From the NCBI GenBank assembly GCA_963833095.1, contig CAWHWQ010000003.1:199376-263375 (forward strand): DNA of 64,000 nucleotides. The letters run 5' to 3'. Positions within the stretch are counted from its first letter, which is position 1; each line of letters starts with the position of its first letter. The DNA is from Vulcanimicrobiota bacterium. GTDB lineage: Bacteria > Vulcanimicrobiota > Vulcanimicrobiia > Vulcanimicrobiales > Vulcanimicrobiaceae. Made by a program: the position numbers and the translations under genes. The notes under the pieces were generated by a model. That model saw only the letters and a list, made by a program, of their open reading frames with translations. It searched no databases and was not told the origin of the DNA. Of this stretch, positions 61,879-64,000 are shown one piece after another.

Positions 61879-62535
61879 ATGAACCCTCTCGGCTCCTTGG
61901 CCACCCGGCTCGCCACGCAAGGCGTCAACTTCGCCCCCGAAATCGCGAGCGCGGCGCGGAAGTACGGCCTCGATCCCGAGCTCCTGGCGGCTGTCGCCGC
62001 ACAAGAGACGGGCGGGCCAGGGGCCAACGGCGGCCACAACGAGGTGGGCGACGGCGGTCACGGCCGTGGGCTCTTCCAAATCGACGATCGCTGGCACGAC
62101 TTCGCCAAAACCGGCGCGGCGATGGATCCCGCGCAAAACGCCGACTACGCCGCCGGCATGCTTTCAGGATTGCTCAAGCGCTATGGCGGCAACCTGAAAG
62201 CCGCGCTCTCGGCGTATAACTCCGGTAGTCCGGGCGGCAAAGGCACGAGCACAACGTGGGGCGACGGTCAGACGCTCGACTACGCCGATTCCGTGATGCG
62301 GCACTACCAGCAACTCGGTGGGAGCGGCGACGGGACCGATCGCCTTGCACAAACAGCCCAGCAACTGCCGCAGCTCGTTGCCCTGCAGTCGCAACTGCAA
62401 TCCTCGCCGCACGCTCCACGGGCACATCATCATCACCATCGCTGGCGCTCGGCTGAGGGTCTCGATCCCACCGGACACGGTTCGAATCAACACCTGTCCT
62501 ACGACACCTATATCAACGGAGACAACAACCCATGA
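61879..62535 (+). CDS. Lytic transglycosylase (SLT/goose lysozyme-like), no signal peptide, Gln/His-rich tail
   Basis: 'AARKYGLDPELLAAVAAQET' (catalytic Glu), 'GLFQI', 'DPAQN', 'ALSAYNSG'. Confidence 0.9.
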   Translation: MNPLGSLATRLATQGVNFAPEIASAARKYGLDPELLAAVAAQETGGPGANGGHNEVGDGGHGRGLFQIDDRWHDFAKTGAAMDPAQNADYAAGMLSGLLKRYGGNLKAALSAYNSGSPGGKGTSTTWGDGQTLDYADSVMRHYQQLGGSGDGTDRLAQTAQQLPQLVALQSQLQSSPHAPRAHHHHHRWRSAEGLDPTGHGSNQHLSYDTYINGDNNP

Positions 62536-62813
62536 GCTTCAATATCGGCAGCGCTCTCGTCGGAGGCGTCGAGGGCTTACTAACGGGCGGCCCGGTTGGC
62601 GCTGCGGCCGGTGCAATCGCCGGCGGCTGCCAAGGTGGATCGTCTGCAGCATCATCGACCTCGGGTCTCGATCCCAGCTCGCTCGAAAGCGCGCTGAGCC
62701 AACAGTCCAGCGCCTTCACCAATATCAACACGCTCTCGTCGTACGCACAATCGCAACCGCAGAGTGACAATCTGCTTGCGAGCCTCATCGACGGCGACGA
62801 CAGCGGCAGCTAA
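62532..62813 (+). CDS. Small glycine-zipper, Ser-rich hypothetical protein
   Basis: ATGA overlap with the SLT gene; 'GGPVGAAAGAIAGG'. Confidence 0.75.
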   Translation: MSFNIGSALVGGVEGLLTGGPVGAAAGAIAGGCQGGSSAASSTSGLDPSSLESALSQQSSAFTNINTLSSYAQSQPQSDNLLASLIDGDDSGS

Positions 62814-62825
62814 GGAGAACGCAAT

Positions 62826-63188
62826 ATGGGCTTTCTCATGCCAATGCTCGAAGCAGCAGCCCCCTCGATCGTGGGAAGTCTCGCCGGCGGAGCAGCGTCA
62901 AGCGCCCTCGGTAATGGATTGAGCGGCCTTTCCGAAGGCGCGATGGGCGGCTCGAACGCGAGCCTCTCCGGAATGCTCAGCGCTAATAGCGCCTTCAACA
63001 CCGGTTTGATGGGGCAAGAGATGGGCGCGCAAGATCAACTCGATCTGCAAGCCACGATGTTTGATGAAGCAATGGATCAACAGTCCGAGAACATGCGGGA
63101 GATCAATTCGCTTCGCGATGCGCAAATGGCACAGCGCAAAGCCGACGACGGCATCACGAAGAAGTTCATCGAAAGCATCGGCGAGTGA
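62826..63188 (+). CDS. Small Gly/Ser/Met-rich protein with C-terminal amphipathic helix
   Basis: AAGGAG RBS; 120 aa; no Cys, Trp, Tyr or His. Confidence 0.8.
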   Translation: MGFLMPMLEAAAPSIVGSLAGGAASSALGNGLSGLSEGAMGGSNASLSGMLSANSAFNTGLMGQEMGAQDQLDLQATMFDEAMDQQSENMREINSLRDAQMAQRKADDGITKKFIESIGE

Positions 63189-63454
63189 TCGACGGCCTCA
63201 TGCCTGTGGCGCGCGCACCACGCGCGCCGCAGCTCAGGCTCGCCGCCGATCCGGCGACCGGGGCCGCTGCATCGGCTCCCGATGACGCGAGCGCTCAAGA
63301 ACACACCCTCGCCTTAGCCAAGGTAGCCTTTGACTATGAGATAGCGGAACAGGCCGAGATGGAACGCGAGCGCGCGGCGCTCGAAGCGTTGCTGCTGGCC
63401 AACCTCAAAGACGAAGACGACGTGATGAAAAAGTGGATCGCTATGATCGCCTAA
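63185..63454 (+). CDS. Small helical protein with a C-terminus similar to that of the preceding ORF
   Basis: GTGA overlap; ends 'LKDEDDVMKKWIAMIA'. Confidence 0.78.
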   Translation: MIDGLMPVARAPRAPQLRLAADPATGAAASAPDDASAQEHTLALAKVAFDYEIAEQAEMERERAALEALLLANLKDEDDVMKKWIAMIA

Positions 63455-63556
63455 GCGGTCACCCCTGGGGTCAGCAGTGTCGCCCTGAGGTGCGAGCGCC
63501 GTGAGCCTCGAAGGGTATTGTAAGCCTATGCTATACTTCTGACTTGTGCCCCCGAC

Positions 63557-63633
63557 GGGCCATTAGCTCAGCTGGTTAGAGCGCATGCTTGATAAGCATG
63601 AGGTCCCTGGTTCGATCCCAGGATGGCCCACCA
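63557..63633 (+). tRNA. tRNA-Ile(GAT)
   Basis: GGGCCAT/ATGGCCC acceptor stem; anticodon arm CATGC-TTGATAA-GCATG; GTTCGATC; encoded CCA; upstream extended -10 TGCTATACT. Confidence 0.97.
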
Positions 63634-63638
63634 ATTGC

Positions 63639-63670
63639 AAAAGCCCCGCGATTGCGGGGCCTTTCATTTT
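63639..63670. terminator. Intrinsic terminator, probably bidirectional
   Basis: AAAA-GCCCCGC-GATT-GCGGGGC-CTTTCATTT. Confidence 0.8.
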
Positions 63671-63672
63671 GT

Positions 63673-64000
63673 CTACGGCGACGCGCTCGGTGACGGCGAC
63701 GCGCTCTGCGACATCGGCATCTTTCCCGGATCGGGAGTGGGTTCGTATTTCGGATCGAGTTGCGCGGGCGCGCTGCCGTCGGGCACGGTCGTCGCACCGC
63801 TGTTCGCGAGCGTCACCAGGTGAAAGTCGCTACCCTCTCTGAGCAGCACGTCGTCACCCTTCTTCGCCCCGAGACAAATCAAGCCGCAGAAAATATACTG
63901 CGCCGCCGCGTTACCGTTGTGCTCCTTGACGACGACCGCGTCGCTAATCTCTCCGGGGACGCTTACGAGCAGCTCACCGCCGCCCGGTTCGGTCAAGCTC
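63673..64000 (-). CDS. C-terminal part of a hypothetical protein (truncated by the window edge)
   Basis: Open frame to the window end; 'KKGDDVLLREGS.FHL'; Pro/Ser tail. Confidence 0.55.
   Translation of the reverse strand, partial: SLTEPGGGELLVSVPGEISDAVVVKEHNGNAAAQYIFCGLICLGAKKGDDVLLREGSDFHLVTLANSGATTVPDGSAPAQLDPKYEPTPDPGKMPMSQSASPSPSASP

Noticed and set aside
61852..61885. CAGGGTCC...GCAGC resembling SRP RNA near ffh
   Set aside because: Lacks the GGAA tetraloop helix and flanking long stem, and overlaps the RBS and start of the SLT gene

Overview
A GC-rich bacterial chromosomal window with no integrase, transposase, phage or CRISPR array recognised. Terrabacteria-like gene order (yqeG-aroE; ffh-rpsP-khpA-rimM) together with a TonB-dependent receptor suggests a diderm Terrabacterium such as Eremiobacterota/Vulcanimicrobiota (inference only). 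Main content, left to right: tRNA-Ser(GGA); aroE/yqeG; a class II (B12-dependent) ribonucleotide reductase nrdJ interrupted by three inteins and preceded by an NrdR-box-like site; an accessory stretch (Dcp peptidase, core methionine synthase, hydrolases, Dps); a circularly permuted ATP-grasp/alpha-E/transglutaminase operon; transporters; a TonB receptor; an EAL protein; glcDEF; a Zn metalloprotease; a FecR/DUF6600-type protein with a 6x30-bp Q/Y/G/S repeat; two divergent class III nucleotide cyclases; psuG; msrA; a compact yceD-rpmF-fabH-fabD-fabG-acpP-ffh-rpsP-khpA-rimM run; and tRNA-Ile(GAT). Several genes carry 1-nt frameshifts that are most likely read or assembly errors. The best candidate for an undescribed system is the four-gene operon at 61879-63454: a signal-peptide-less lytic transglycosylase followed by three small Gly/Ser/Ala-rich proteins, two of which share a C-terminal amphipathic helix. 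This architecture is reminiscent of type III secretion pilin/rod/helper modules, but that link is inference. Start codons were chosen by eye and product calls come from motif recognition, not database searches.
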